61,501 bases of DNA from Lachnospirales bacterium (GTDB lineage Bacteria; Bacillota; Clostridia; Lachnospirales; CAMZNU01), in NCBI GenBank assembly GCA_047974615.1, contig JBKECM010000159.1:1-61501 (forward strand), read 5' to 3'. A program made the translations under genes and the position numbers. The notes below the pieces were generated by a model that saw only the letters and a list, made by a program, of their open reading frames with translations, ran no database searches and was not told where the DNA came from. Each line of letters begins with the position of its first letter. Position 1 is the stretch's first letter. Positions 9,034 through 17,481 of this stretch are shown here, one piece after another.

Positions 9034-9120
9034 GTGGGCAATGCCCTTATTGCACCCACACTTTCGGCAGATTAGCCCTTTCAGCCACCTACGCTACGCT
9101 TATAGGCGTGGTCTAATCTG
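9034..9120. ncRNA. Candidate structured RNA or element: a GC-enriched pair of hairpins between convergent genes. Strand and identity are unknown.
   Basis: Hairpin 1: GTGGG/CCCAC plus CAAT/ATTG (9034-9059). Hairpin 2: outer stem CAGATTAG/CTAATCTG (9068-9075 / 9113-9120) with inner GCCAC/GTGGT pairing. The segment is locally much more GC-rich than its surroundings. Confidence 0.2.
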
Positions 9121-9139
9121 TACGATTAAAAAAATCAAA

Positions 9140-9178
9140 CCATAAGAAAGTATTGTAAATTTCAATATTTCCTTATGG
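9140..9178. terminator. Bidirectional intrinsic terminator between the convergent genes 8320..9000 and 9190..9834
   Basis: ccataagaaa...tttccttatgg inverted repeat flanked by an A-run upstream and a T-rich run downstream. Confidence 0.6.
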
Positions 9179-9189
9179 CTTTTATAGTT

Positions 9190-9834
9190 TTATCCACCTA
9201 AAGTTACATCTGTTTTTTCATAATATTCTAAAGCTTTATATAAATGGTTTATTTCAAAATCAGGCCACATATCATCTATGGAATAAAAGTCAGCATAAAC
9301 GGACTGAATAGGCAAAAATCCACTGAGTCGCAGTCGACCACCCCAACGTATAATTAAATCTATTTTGGAAATATCCTTTGACTTTATATTGTTTTGGATT
9401 TTATTACCCTCACCAATCTCTTTTAAATCCCATTGCCAATCATAGTTTAATAAAAAATTAGCCTTAATAGCCTTATTTTCTACATCTCTTTTTAAATATA
9501 TTTCACATTCTTTAGGAAAAATATTTTTTGTATTATCTCCTACAACTAAAATATTTGCTCCAATTTTCTTAGCTCGCTCAACAGACTTAATACAAGCTTT
9601 AACGAAAGCCTGTTTTTGCTCCACATTTCTTTTAGTATTATCCTTTGTAAACCCGTAAAAAGTTACTTCTTCAACTCCAAGCTCCATTAAAGCCTCTAAA
9701 AGTGCAACACCCGGTTCAACACCTTTATCATAACCCATTTCTTTACTTAAATTATGTTCCACAGCCCAACGCCTATTACCGTCAGGTATGATTCCTATAT
9801 GTTTAGGCAATCTACTGAATTTTTTCATATGCAC
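9190..9834 (-). CDS. Short, divergent cis-prenyltransferase (UppS / isoprenyl transferase family)
   Basis: HIGIIPDGNRRWA substrate-binding motif, FYGFTKDNTKR, and IRWGGRLRLSGFL. At 214 aa it is shorter than typical UppS and lacks the usual C-terminal RxG tail. Confidence 0.7.
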   Translation of the reverse strand: MHMKKFSRLPKHIGIIPDGNRRWAVEHNLSKEMGYDKGVEPGVALLEALMELGVEEVTFYGFTKDNTKRNVEQKQAFVKACIKSVERAKKIGANILVVGDNTKNIFPKECEIYLKRDVENKAIKANFLLNYDWQWDLKEIGEGNKIQNNIKSKDISKIDLIIRWGGRLRLSGFLPIQSVYADFYSIDDMWPDFEINHLYKALEYYEKTDVTLGG

Positions 9835-9899
9835 CTCATTTACATCTTAATATATTGATTAAATGATTTACATAAAAATAAGTTTTTAAACAATTTTAA

Positions 9900-9925
9900 G
9901 GTAATATTGCAAATGCAACATTACC
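9900..9925 (-). terminator. Hairpin downstream of the 10147..10578 gene, a possible terminator. It also contains the palindrome TTGCAAATGCAA.
   Basis: ggtaatattgca aa tgcaacattacc forms a 12-bp stem with one mismatch. There is no convincing U-tract on the minus strand: the sequence 3' of the stem reads TTAAAATTG. Confidence 0.4.
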
Positions 9926-10146
9926 TTATTTATAAAGTTAAGATAAAAACTAAAAAAATGTTTAATAGTTTTCTAAAGAGTTGCAAATACTTTGTATTTG
10001 TTCGGATTTCTTGACCGTGTATACATCAAAGAAAGCAGTGTATTTGTAAGCGTTGCCAAATCATTTTTCATAGTGTCATAGATTGACTAAATTCTTATAA
10101 AATGATATATTTATCTATAACAAATATGCTATTATTATAAAAAATT

Positions 10147-10578
10147 TTATTTTGTTGAGCTAGTAGCACTATCATATAAAGCATCTTCTATAGCCTTTAC
10201 AAGCACTGTTGAAGTCACTAAAATCTCAGGTTCAACTGATATAGTAGTACCTTGTGTTTTAAGCACTTGTGATTTTACAGTTTCAAAAGTTGTTTCAATA
10301 AGTGGGTAAAATAACGCATAGTTATCGGCTAACTCTGATATGTATATGTCTTCTATAGTATCTTCTGATACCACAACGTTAACATAAAAAGGTGCAATGT
10401 TTTCTAACACAACTTCCTTTATGTATTCACCGGGTATGTAAGATAATTCTTCATTTGATTGACTTTTAGGTAAAAAACTTATAAGTAGTGCTATTAAAAT
10501 AATAATTCCTATTATAGCTATGATGCCTTTTTTGAGAATATCTTTTAAAGTTAGAACTACAAACTTTGTTTGAGCCAT
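10147..10578 (-). CDS. Hypothetical small membrane-anchored protein (one N-terminal TM helix)
   Basis: ORF 10147..10593. The internal ATG at 10576-10578 is preceded by GGAGGT at 7-nt spacing, so it is the preferred start. Hydrophobic segment IIAIIGIIILIALLISFL. I recognise no family. Confidence 0.5.
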   Translation of the reverse strand: MAQTKFVVLTLKDILKKGIIAIIGIIILIALLISFLPKSQSNEELSYIPGEYIKEVVLENIAPFYVNVVVSEDTIEDIYISELADNYALFYPLIETTFETVKSQVLKTQGTTISVEPEILVTSTVLVKAIEDALYDSATSSTK

Positions 10579-10686
10579 TTTTTGTACCTCCATTTTTTTA
10601 TATTTTATTTTATGAATATTTCATTTTAAATATGACAGTTTTAATATTTTAGTATCAATTTTTTTAAACTTCTATAGGAGATATAT

Positions 10687-13600
10687 ATGTTTAATTTTTT
10701 TATAAGTAACAGCTATACACATTTAGAAGAACAGCTTTTTTTAAACCTTGCAAATATAGAGCAAAATAAAGAAAAAGAAGCTATTGTTTTAACACCGGAA
10801 CAGTTCGTCTTAGAAACAAATAGAGGCATCGCAGAAAACTTACCTAAAGGTGCTAGTTTTTTTTGTGAAGTCCATAGTTTTACATCTATAATAAATAGAT
10901 ATATCGAAGAATACGGTAAACAAAAAGCTTTGCTTAACGAAGTAGGCAAAAAAGTGCTTTTGCAAAAAGCAGTTTTTAACGTAAAAGACTCCCTTGATTT
11001 TTATAAAAAAATTTGGGATAAGGTAAGCTTTTTAGATAGTTTAGGCTCAACAATAGACGAAATATTAAACTCAAAAACATCTATAGAAACTTTAGAAAAA
11101 TTATGTGACCCTTCTTTGCCACATAATGATTTTACTTTAAAACTTAAAGATATTATTATAATATATAAAGAATTTATCTCTTTATTAAATAAAGATTTCA
11201 TTATAAACCAAGATATTTTAGATTATTTATCTCAAAACATAGGAAGTTTTGAGTTTTTAAAAAACAAAGAAATATATCTTATAGGCTATAACGGTTTTGT
11301 TAAACGTGAATTTGATTTTATTTTTTCTCTTGCAGAAAATTCAAATGATATAAATTTGTTTTTGTCTTTCGATAAAAAAATAAATCTTGATTATGTAAAA
11401 AACAAAAGTTACCACATAGGAGATTTTGACCCCTATTTTGAACCAAAAAAAACTTTTTATAACATATATACAACGCTATTAGAAAAAAATCTTTTAAGTA
11501 TTAATGTTTATGACCATTTTAATATTACAAAAGATTTAACCTACTTAAATTTTATAAAGGAAAACTTTTTTAAAAACGGTAAAACTTTAGAAGGTGAAAA
11601 TTTTAAAGATATTTATATATACTCTACCTCATCAACTATAAAAGAAGTTGAGTTTATCTCATTAAAGATGCGAGAGTTAATAAAAAAAGAAAATCTAAAA
11701 TATCGAGATTTTGTTATACTATGTGATAACATAGAAAAATATTCAAACCCTTTTAAAGAAGTTTTTGAACCTTTAAATATACCTTATTTTACAGACTTAA
11801 AAGAACCTATTGTTAAAGACGAACTTGTAAAATATATTTTAAATATATTTGATATCTTTCTATATAACTTTAATTATGAAAGCGTTTTTAACGTGCTAAA
11901 AAATGATTATTGTAAATTTTATAATGAAGAAAATAACTTTTTATCTCAAACAGATGTAGAAGTTTTTGAAAACTATGTTTTACGTTACAACATACGAGGC
12001 ACAATGTTTTATAAACCTTTTACATATATTAAAGGTGCAAAGGAAGATAAAGAACTTTTAATAAAAGACCAAGAACTTTTAAACAATATTAATCAAACAA
12101 GATTAACTTTTTTAAATGCTATCGCACCATTTAAAAAATATTATGAAAGCACTTTTTTAATAAAAGATTTTTTAGATGAACTTTTTGTTTTTCTAGAAAA
12201 AAACGATATATACAAGGAGCTTAACCGACGTTTTAATATAGACGTAACAATAGATGATAAAATATCTACAAGAGCAAGTCAAATATGGCAAAAATTAGTA
12301 GATATATTTGAAAATATATATAAACTTTTAGGTGACCATACCACTACTTTTTTAGAAATGAGAAAAATCCTAGAAGCAGGCTTTTTATCAAACGAGTTCA
12401 GATATGTTCCAAACAATCTTGATGTAGTAAAAGTCGTTGACCTTTTTAGAAGTAGATTTTCTTCTACAAAATATCTTTTTATTATAGGTGCTGTAGAAGG
12501 CACATACCCAAGCTTTGCAAAAAGTGGAACTTTTTTTAATGATGATGACTTAGAGGTTTTTAAAGAAAACGACCTAAACATATCCTCAGACAGCTTTATG
12601 CAAATGAATATTCAAAACTTAAATATTTTTAACAGTATTTATAAAACTACAAAAGGATTATATATAACATATCCAGCAACGAATATTACAGGAGAAGAAA
12701 ACAAACCTTCTTACTTAATAAATCGTATAAAAACTTTATTAAATATAGATATAGTACCTTTTAAAGAAAATAATTTTAGTCTAGGTGAAGTATATAAGTC
12801 ATTAATCTTAAAAGAGGAAAAATCCCTAAAGGATATAGCTTTTTTAGAGAAAGTAGACGGTTATATAAATCGTCTAAACTACGAGATTTTAAACAAAATA
12901 TTTCATAAGGAATTTACACTAGCAAAAATCGAAAATTATAAAGATTTTGTATTAAAAGACAATGAATATTACACTAGCATTTCAAAAATTGAAACCTATA
13001 ACAACTGTCCATATTCTCACTTTTTAAAATATGACTTAGGGATATATCCTCGTGATGAATATGAAGTTGATGCTTCAGATTTTGGAATAGTATACCATAG
13101 TATGTTAGAAAGTTTTTTTAATCATATAAAAAATGAAAATATCTTTGACCTAAAAGAGCTTGATAAAAAATATATTGAAACTTTTGTTGATACCCATATA
13201 GAGGAATTTTCAAAAGGTCGTGAAGATAATATTTTAAACGCTACAGCACGCTATAGATACTATGTAAAAAACATTTCAAATATTTTAAAAAGTTCTATAG
13301 ATAACTATAAAAACCAATTTATTCATAGTGATTTTACTTTCAGTCAAGCAGAAGTATCAATAAATGAAAATATTTATACTAATGAGGGTGAAAATGTAAA
13401 ATATACTGGATACATAGATAGAGTTGATATAGCCTTAACCGATGATGAAGCATATATACGAACTATAGACTATAAGTCTTCAGAAAAAAATATAGATATA
13501 AACAGCATTATAGCAGGTAAAAGCCTACAATTACTAAAATACTTAGAGGTTTTAGTACGCAAAGAAACTGCACAAAAGGAAATTTTTCAAAATAGAACAA

Positions 13601-14079
13601 TAAAACCGGGTGGTGCTTTTTATTTAACTTTACAAGATGAAGAATTTGATATAATGAATATTGATACTATAGGCGAAATTAGTCCTTTTTTTGAAAACTA
13701 TAGATTTCACGGCATTTTAAATGAAAACACTACACCTTTCTATAAGGAACCCTATAGCAATGCTATTATAGGTTCTTCACGTGCGAGTAAACCGAAACAT
13801 TTGTCTTCTGAAGATTTTGACTTAGTCCTTGAATATTCAAACTTTAAAACAAAAAACACTATAGAAAAAATTTTAGAGGGTAAAATAACAGCTACACCTA
13901 TAAGTCATTCTACAAAAAGAGAAGATTTAAACTCACCTTGTGACTATTGTGATTATTCAAGCCTTTGTCTTATAAAAGAAAGACCTGAAAATAAAGGAAA
14001 AATATTATTTGTCGATAAAGAAGAAAAGTCATTAACTGATATACAAAGAGAATTTATAAAAAAGGATATGAATAAATAG
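10687..14079 (+). CDS. addB: Helicase-nuclease AddAB/RexAB, subunit B (inactivated helicase-like N-terminus, C-terminal Fe-S PD-(D/E)xK nuclease)
   Basis: 1130 aa. The C-terminal nuclease reads GYIDRVD...IDYKSS, with the four-Cys pattern YNNCPYSHF ... SPCDYCDYSSLC typical of AddB. There is no Walker A at the N-terminus. Confidence 0.85.
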   Translation: MFNFFISNSYTHLEEQLFLNLANIEQNKEKEAIVLTPEQFVLETNRGIAENLPKGASFFCEVHSFTSIINRYIEEYGKQKALLNEVGKKVLLQKAVFNVKDSLDFYKKIWDKVSFLDSLGSTIDEILNSKTSIETLEKLCDPSLPHNDFTLKLKDIIIIYKEFISLLNKDFIINQDILDYLSQNIGSFEFLKNKEIYLIGYNGFVKREFDFIFSLAENSNDINLFLSFDKKINLDYVKNKSYHIGDFDPYFEPKKTFYNIYTTLLEKNLLSINVYDHFNITKDLTYLNFIKENFFKNGKTLEGENFKDIYIYSTSSTIKEVEFISLKMRELIKKENLKYRDFVILCDNIEKYSNPFKEVFEPLNIPYFTDLKEPIVKDELVKYILNIFDIFLYNFNYESVFNVLKNDYCKFYNEENNFLSQTDVEVFENYVLRYNIRGTMFYKPFTYIKGAKEDKELLIKDQELLNNINQTRLTFLNAIAPFKKYYESTFLIKDFLDELFVFLEKNDIYKELNRRFNIDVTIDDKISTRASQIWQKLVDIFENIYKLLGDHTTTFLEMRKILEAGFLSNEFRYVPNNLDVVKVVDLFRSRFSSTKYLFIIGAVEGTYPSFAKSGTFFNDDDLEVFKENDLNISSDSFMQMNIQNLNIFNSIYKTTKGLYITYPATNITGEENKPSYLINRIKTLLNIDIVPFKENNFSLGEVYKSLILKEEKSLKDIAFLEKVDGYINRLNYEILNKIFHKEFTLAKIENYKDFVLKDNEYYTSISKIETYNNCPYSHFLKYDLGIYPRDEYEVDASDFGIVYHSMLESFFNHIKNENIFDLKELDKKYIETFVDTHIEEFSKGREDNILNATARYRYYVKNISNILKSSIDNYKNQFIHSDFTFSQAEVSINENIYTNEGENVKYTGYIDRVDIALTDDEAYIRTIDYKSSEKNIDINSIIAGKSLQLLKYLEVLVRKETAQKEIFQNRTIKPGGAFYLTLQDEEFDIMNIDTIGEISPFFENYRFHGILNENTTPFYKEPYSNAIIGSSRASKPKHLSSEDFDLVLEYSNFKTKNTIEKILEGKITATPISHSTKREDLNSPCDYCDYSSLCLIKERPENKGKILFVDKEEKSLTDIQREFIKKDMNK

Positions 14080-14088
14080 AGGTAAAAA

Positions 14089-15813
14089 ATGAACAAAATT
14101 TTATTAGTCGGTATAAACGCAAAATTTATACATCAAAATTTAGCTATACACTCCATAGGTAAGTTTTTATCTTCAAAAGGTATCGATAATATTTTTTATG
14201 AAGAATTTACAATTAACTCCAACGTAGATAAAATAATAAATGCTATTTATATGTATAACCCTAAAATACTAGGTTTATCTTGTTATATATGGAATTTTGA
14301 AATAATAAAAAATATGTTACCTATATTGAAAGATATATTACCAAATACAAAAATCATCTTAGGTGGTCCAGAGGTTAGCTATGAGATAGAATATAGCTTT
14401 TTAAAAGAGGCTGACTATATTGTTATAGGTGAAGGAGAACTTCCCTTTTATGAATTAGTAAACAGCATTTTTTTAGAAAAAGACATAACTACCTTAAAAG
14501 CGATAGCCTATAGAAAAAATGACAAAATCTATGTAAACAAAGAACAAAATGTTTTGAACCTTGAGGAAATCCCCTTTGTATATGATGACTTATCTATCTT
14601 TGAAAATAAAATACTGTACTATGAAACATCAAGAGGTTGTCCATATAACTGTCAATATTGCTTGTCAAGTAGCGTAAATGGCGTACGTTTTTTAAGTGAG
14701 GCACGAGTTTTTTCTGACTTAGATTTTTTTATAAAAAATAAAGTGCGTCAAGTAAAGTTTGTAGATAGAACCTTTAATATTGATACAAAGTTTGCTATGA
14801 AAGTATGGGAATATTTAATAAAAAATGATAATATGGTTACGAACTTTCACTTTGAACTTTCAGCAGATATCTTAAAAGATGAAATGTTTACCCTCTTAAA
14901 AAAGGCAAGAACTGGTCTTTTTCAGTTTGAAGTTGGTGTACAAAGCACAAATGAAGCTACATTAAAAGCTATACAACGTAGTCATAACCAAAGCTTGTTA
15001 TTTGAAAATATTAAAAAACTAATGGCTTTAAAAAATATTCATATTCATTTAGATTTAATCGTTGGTTTACCCTTTGAAGATATAATAATTTTTGAAAAGA
15101 GTTTTAATAATGTATATAGACAAAAAGCAGAACAGTTCCAAATAGGATTTTTAAAGCTTTTAAAAGGTGCAGGACTTAGAAGTCAAAGTTTTATAGAAGA
15201 ATACGGTTTTAAATATCGTAACTTTGCACCTTATGAAATATATGAAACAAAATGGTTACCATACAAAGATTATTCTATACTTAAAGATATCGAAGAACTT
15301 GTAGAACTTTACTATAACTCTGGTCTATTATATAATACACTATGTATGGCTATGAACTTTTGTGAAAGCGATTTTCGTTTTTATATAGCTTTTAGTAAGT
15401 TTTTTAGAGAAAATGGCTATTATGATTTATCCCATAAAAAGCTAAGTCTTTATACTATATTTTTTGATTTTATAAATATTTTCTTCAAAGAACAACATCA
15501 TATAGATATTTTAAAAGATTTAATAACTTTAGACTTTTTACTTAATGAAAAAGCAAGCCTATTACCAGAAACTTTTGGAATAGTATTAAAAGAAGGTTTA
15601 TGGGATATTTTAAATGACGAAACTTTATCCTTAACACTTTTTAAGGACTACTATGAACAAGGCTATACAAACAAACAACTAGCACGAAACCTAGTTTTAG
15701 TAAATTTTAAATATGATATTTTTAAGCTTATGGAAGATGAAATACTTGAGAATAACTCAAATTATATTATAGATACTTTTTTATTTGAAGGCAAATTTTG
15801 GAAAGTTGAGTAA
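14089..15813 (+). CDS. B12-binding-domain radical SAM protein (DUF4080-type C-terminus)
   Basis: N-terminal B12-like domain (ILLVGINAKF...), a radical SAM CxxxCxxC in SRGCPYNCQYCLSS, and a long helical C-terminal region. Confidence 0.8.
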   Translation: MNKILLVGINAKFIHQNLAIHSIGKFLSSKGIDNIFYEEFTINSNVDKIINAIYMYNPKILGLSCYIWNFEIIKNMLPILKDILPNTKIILGGPEVSYEIEYSFLKEADYIVIGEGELPFYELVNSIFLEKDITTLKAIAYRKNDKIYVNKEQNVLNLEEIPFVYDDLSIFENKILYYETSRGCPYNCQYCLSSSVNGVRFLSEARVFSDLDFFIKNKVRQVKFVDRTFNIDTKFAMKVWEYLIKNDNMVTNFHFELSADILKDEMFTLLKKARTGLFQFEVGVQSTNEATLKAIQRSHNQSLLFENIKKLMALKNIHIHLDLIVGLPFEDIIIFEKSFNNVYRQKAEQFQIGFLKLLKGAGLRSQSFIEEYGFKYRNFAPYEIYETKWLPYKDYSILKDIEELVELYYNSGLLYNTLCMAMNFCESDFRFYIAFSKFFRENGYYDLSHKKLSLYTIFFDFINIFFKEQHHIDILKDLITLDFLLNEKASLLPETFGIVLKEGLWDILNDETLSLTLFKDYYEQGYTNKQLARNLVLVNFKYDIFKLMEDEILENNSNYIIDTFLFEGKFWKVE

Positions 15814-15817
15814 GGAT

Positions 15818-16444
15818 ATGACAAAAAAAGAAAGAGCCAAAATCGTAGTAGCTAAACTAGATGAGTTTTATCCAAATTTAGATAAATGTTATTTAAACTA
15901 TACTCAAGAATATGAGTTACTCTTTGCTACCATTTTATCGGCACAATGCACAGATGATAGAGTAAACCTAGTTACAAAAGATTTATTTCAAAAATATAAA
16001 ACTTTAGAAGATTATTGTAGTGCAAATATTTTAGACCTTGAACAAGATGTAAGGTCTACAGGTTTTTATAGAAATAAAGCAAAAAGCTTACAAGAGAGTG
16101 CTTTTTTGCTACTTGAAAAGCATAATGGTATTTTGCCTTCGGATATTGAGTCTTTAACAGCACTTTCAGGTGTAGGACGAAAAACAGCAAATGTAGTACG
16201 TTCTCATATTTTCAAAATAGAAAGTATAGTTGTAGATACTCATGTAAAAAGAATATCGAATAAATTAGGCTTAACGATAAACAGTGACCCAGTAAAAATA
16301 GAGTTTGACCTTATGAAAATATTACCAAAAGAAGCTTGGATAAGGTACAACCAACAAGTAATTGCCCATGGCAGAAAGGTATGTACAGCACGAAGTCCAA
16401 AGTGTGATATATGTGGGTTTAGAGATATATGTGTAAGTAAATAG
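15818..16444 (+). CDS. nth: Endonuclease III (DNA glycosylase / AP lyase)
   Basis: HhH-GPD motif LSGVGRKTANVV and the C-terminal Fe-S Cys cluster CTARSPKCDICGFRDIC. The ATG at 15818 is preferred over the overlapping 15785 start. Confidence 0.9.
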   Translation: MTKKERAKIVVAKLDEFYPNLDKCYLNYTQEYELLFATILSAQCTDDRVNLVTKDLFQKYKTLEDYCSANILDLEQDVRSTGFYRNKAKSLQESAFLLLEKHNGILPSDIESLTALSGVGRKTANVVRSHIFKIESIVVDTHVKRISNKLGLTINSDPVKIEFDLMKILPKEAWIRYNQQVIAHGRKVCTARSPKCDICGFRDICVSK

Positions 16445-16452
16445 CTTATTTT

Positions 16453-16490
16453 AGAGTGTTAAAACCCAACAAGAATGATTTTAACACTCT
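16453..16490. terminator. Bidirectional terminator between nth and fur
   Basis: agagtgttaaaa ... ttttaacactct forms a 12-bp stem followed by tttg. Confidence 0.55.
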
Positions 16491-16530
16491 TTTGACTTTC
16501 TTGCAGAACTCAAAATTTGGTGAAAGGAAT

Positions 16531-16968
16531 TTACTCTTTATTACTACATTCTTCACATAAGCCATAAAACTTAGTTTGATGGTCTATAACTTTAAATCCA
16601 TAATTACTTTCAAATAAATTTTCAATAGATTCAAGTAAATCTTCTCTAACTTCTATTATTTTATTGCAATTATTACATATAAGATGATGATGTCTATGAA
16701 CACCACCTTCTATTAAGATTTCATATCGAATTATATTATCATCTAGTGTCATTTTGTCTAAAAGCTTTAAATCACAAAACAGTTGTACTGTCCTATAAAC
16801 AGTAGTTAAACCTACTGTTTTATCTTTTAACTTTACAAAGTTATATAACTCCTCAATAGTTAAGTGTTTATCTTTTTGTTCTACTAAGGTATCATACACA
16901 ATTATCCTTTGTGGTGTAAGCTTATAACCCTTATTTTTTAAAGTATCATAAAATTTGTTAATTTTCAT
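16531..16968 (-). CDS. fur: Fur-family metalloregulator
   Basis: Winged-helix N-terminus (LTPQRIIVYDTL), the HRHHHLICNNC metal site and a C-terminal CEEC. It is divergent from feoAB. Confidence 0.8.
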   Translation of the reverse strand: MKINKFYDTLKNKGYKLTPQRIIVYDTLVEQKDKHLTIEELYNFVKLKDKTVGLTTVYRTVQLFCDLKLLDKMTLDDNIIRYEILIEGGVHRHHHLICNNCNKIIEVREDLLESIENLFESNYGFKVIDHQTKFYGLCEECSNKE

Positions 16969-17060
16969 ATTTACACACCACCCATAACATATTTTTTATC
17001 ATTATAAAATAACATGGTTATATTGTCAAATTTTTAAATTTAAAACATTTTGACTTAGTA

Positions 17061-17089
17061 TTGACTAACAATAAAAAAAGTGTTATCAT
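17061..17089 (+). promoter_or_regulatory. Candidate sigma-A promoter of feoA (TTGACT-17-TATCAT with TGn extension)
   Basis: TTGACT at 17061-17066, a 17-nt spacer, and tgtTATCAT at 17081-17089. Confidence 0.5.
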
Positions 17090-17094
17090 TAATA

Positions 17095-17109
17095 TGAAAA
17101 TGATTTTCA
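17095..17109. promoter_or_regulatory. Fur box (7-1-7 inverted repeat) just downstream of the feoA -10 element
   Basis: TGAAAATgATTTTCA is a perfect palindrome and matches the Bacillus 7-1-7 Fur consensus TGATAATnATTATCA at 12 of 14 positions. Confidence 0.6.
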
Positions 17110-17163
17110 ATAAGCGGTATTTAAAATCTAAAGATGGCTTTTTTTAATTGCTAAGGGGTAAAA

Positions 17164-17394
17164 ATGGAAAATATAACAAAAAAAATCTTAACATCTGCTG
17201 AATTTAATACAAAATATATTATCAAATCTATTGATACAAATAACAAGGAAATAGAAGACTTTTTATTTAGCCTTGGGTGTTATGAAGGTGAATATATTAC
17301 AGTAATATCAAAAATATCTGATGCTCTTGTTGTTACTTTAAAAGATGCGCGTTATAGCTTAAATAAAGAGCTTGCAAGTTGCATATTTGTATAA
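17164..17394 (+). CDS. feoA: Ferrous iron transport protein A
   Basis: 76-aa SH3-like FeoA-family sequence, directly upstream of feoB. Confidence 0.85.
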   Translation: MENITKKILTSAEFNTKYIIKSIDTNNKEIEDFLFSLGCYEGEYITVISKISDALVVTLKDARYSLNKELASCIFV

Positions 17395-17405
17395 TTTCAA
17401 AAAAT

Positions 17406-17428
17406 AACGTGTTTACACGTTTTATTTT
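17406..17428 (+). terminator. Small hairpin plus T-run between feoA and feoB, a possible attenuator
   Basis: aacgtg ttta cacgtt followed by ttattttat. The stem is short (6 bp). Confidence 0.35.
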
Positions 17429-17439
17429 ATAATTCTAAT

Positions 17440-17454
17440 TGAAAATGAATTTCA
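17440..17454. promoter_or_regulatory. Second, weaker Fur-box-like 7-1-7 repeat upstream of feoB
   Basis: TGAAAATgAATTTCA. Its left half is identical to that of box 1. Confidence 0.4.
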
Positions 17455-17481
17455 TTTAGAATATTTCTAGGAGGAAATAAA

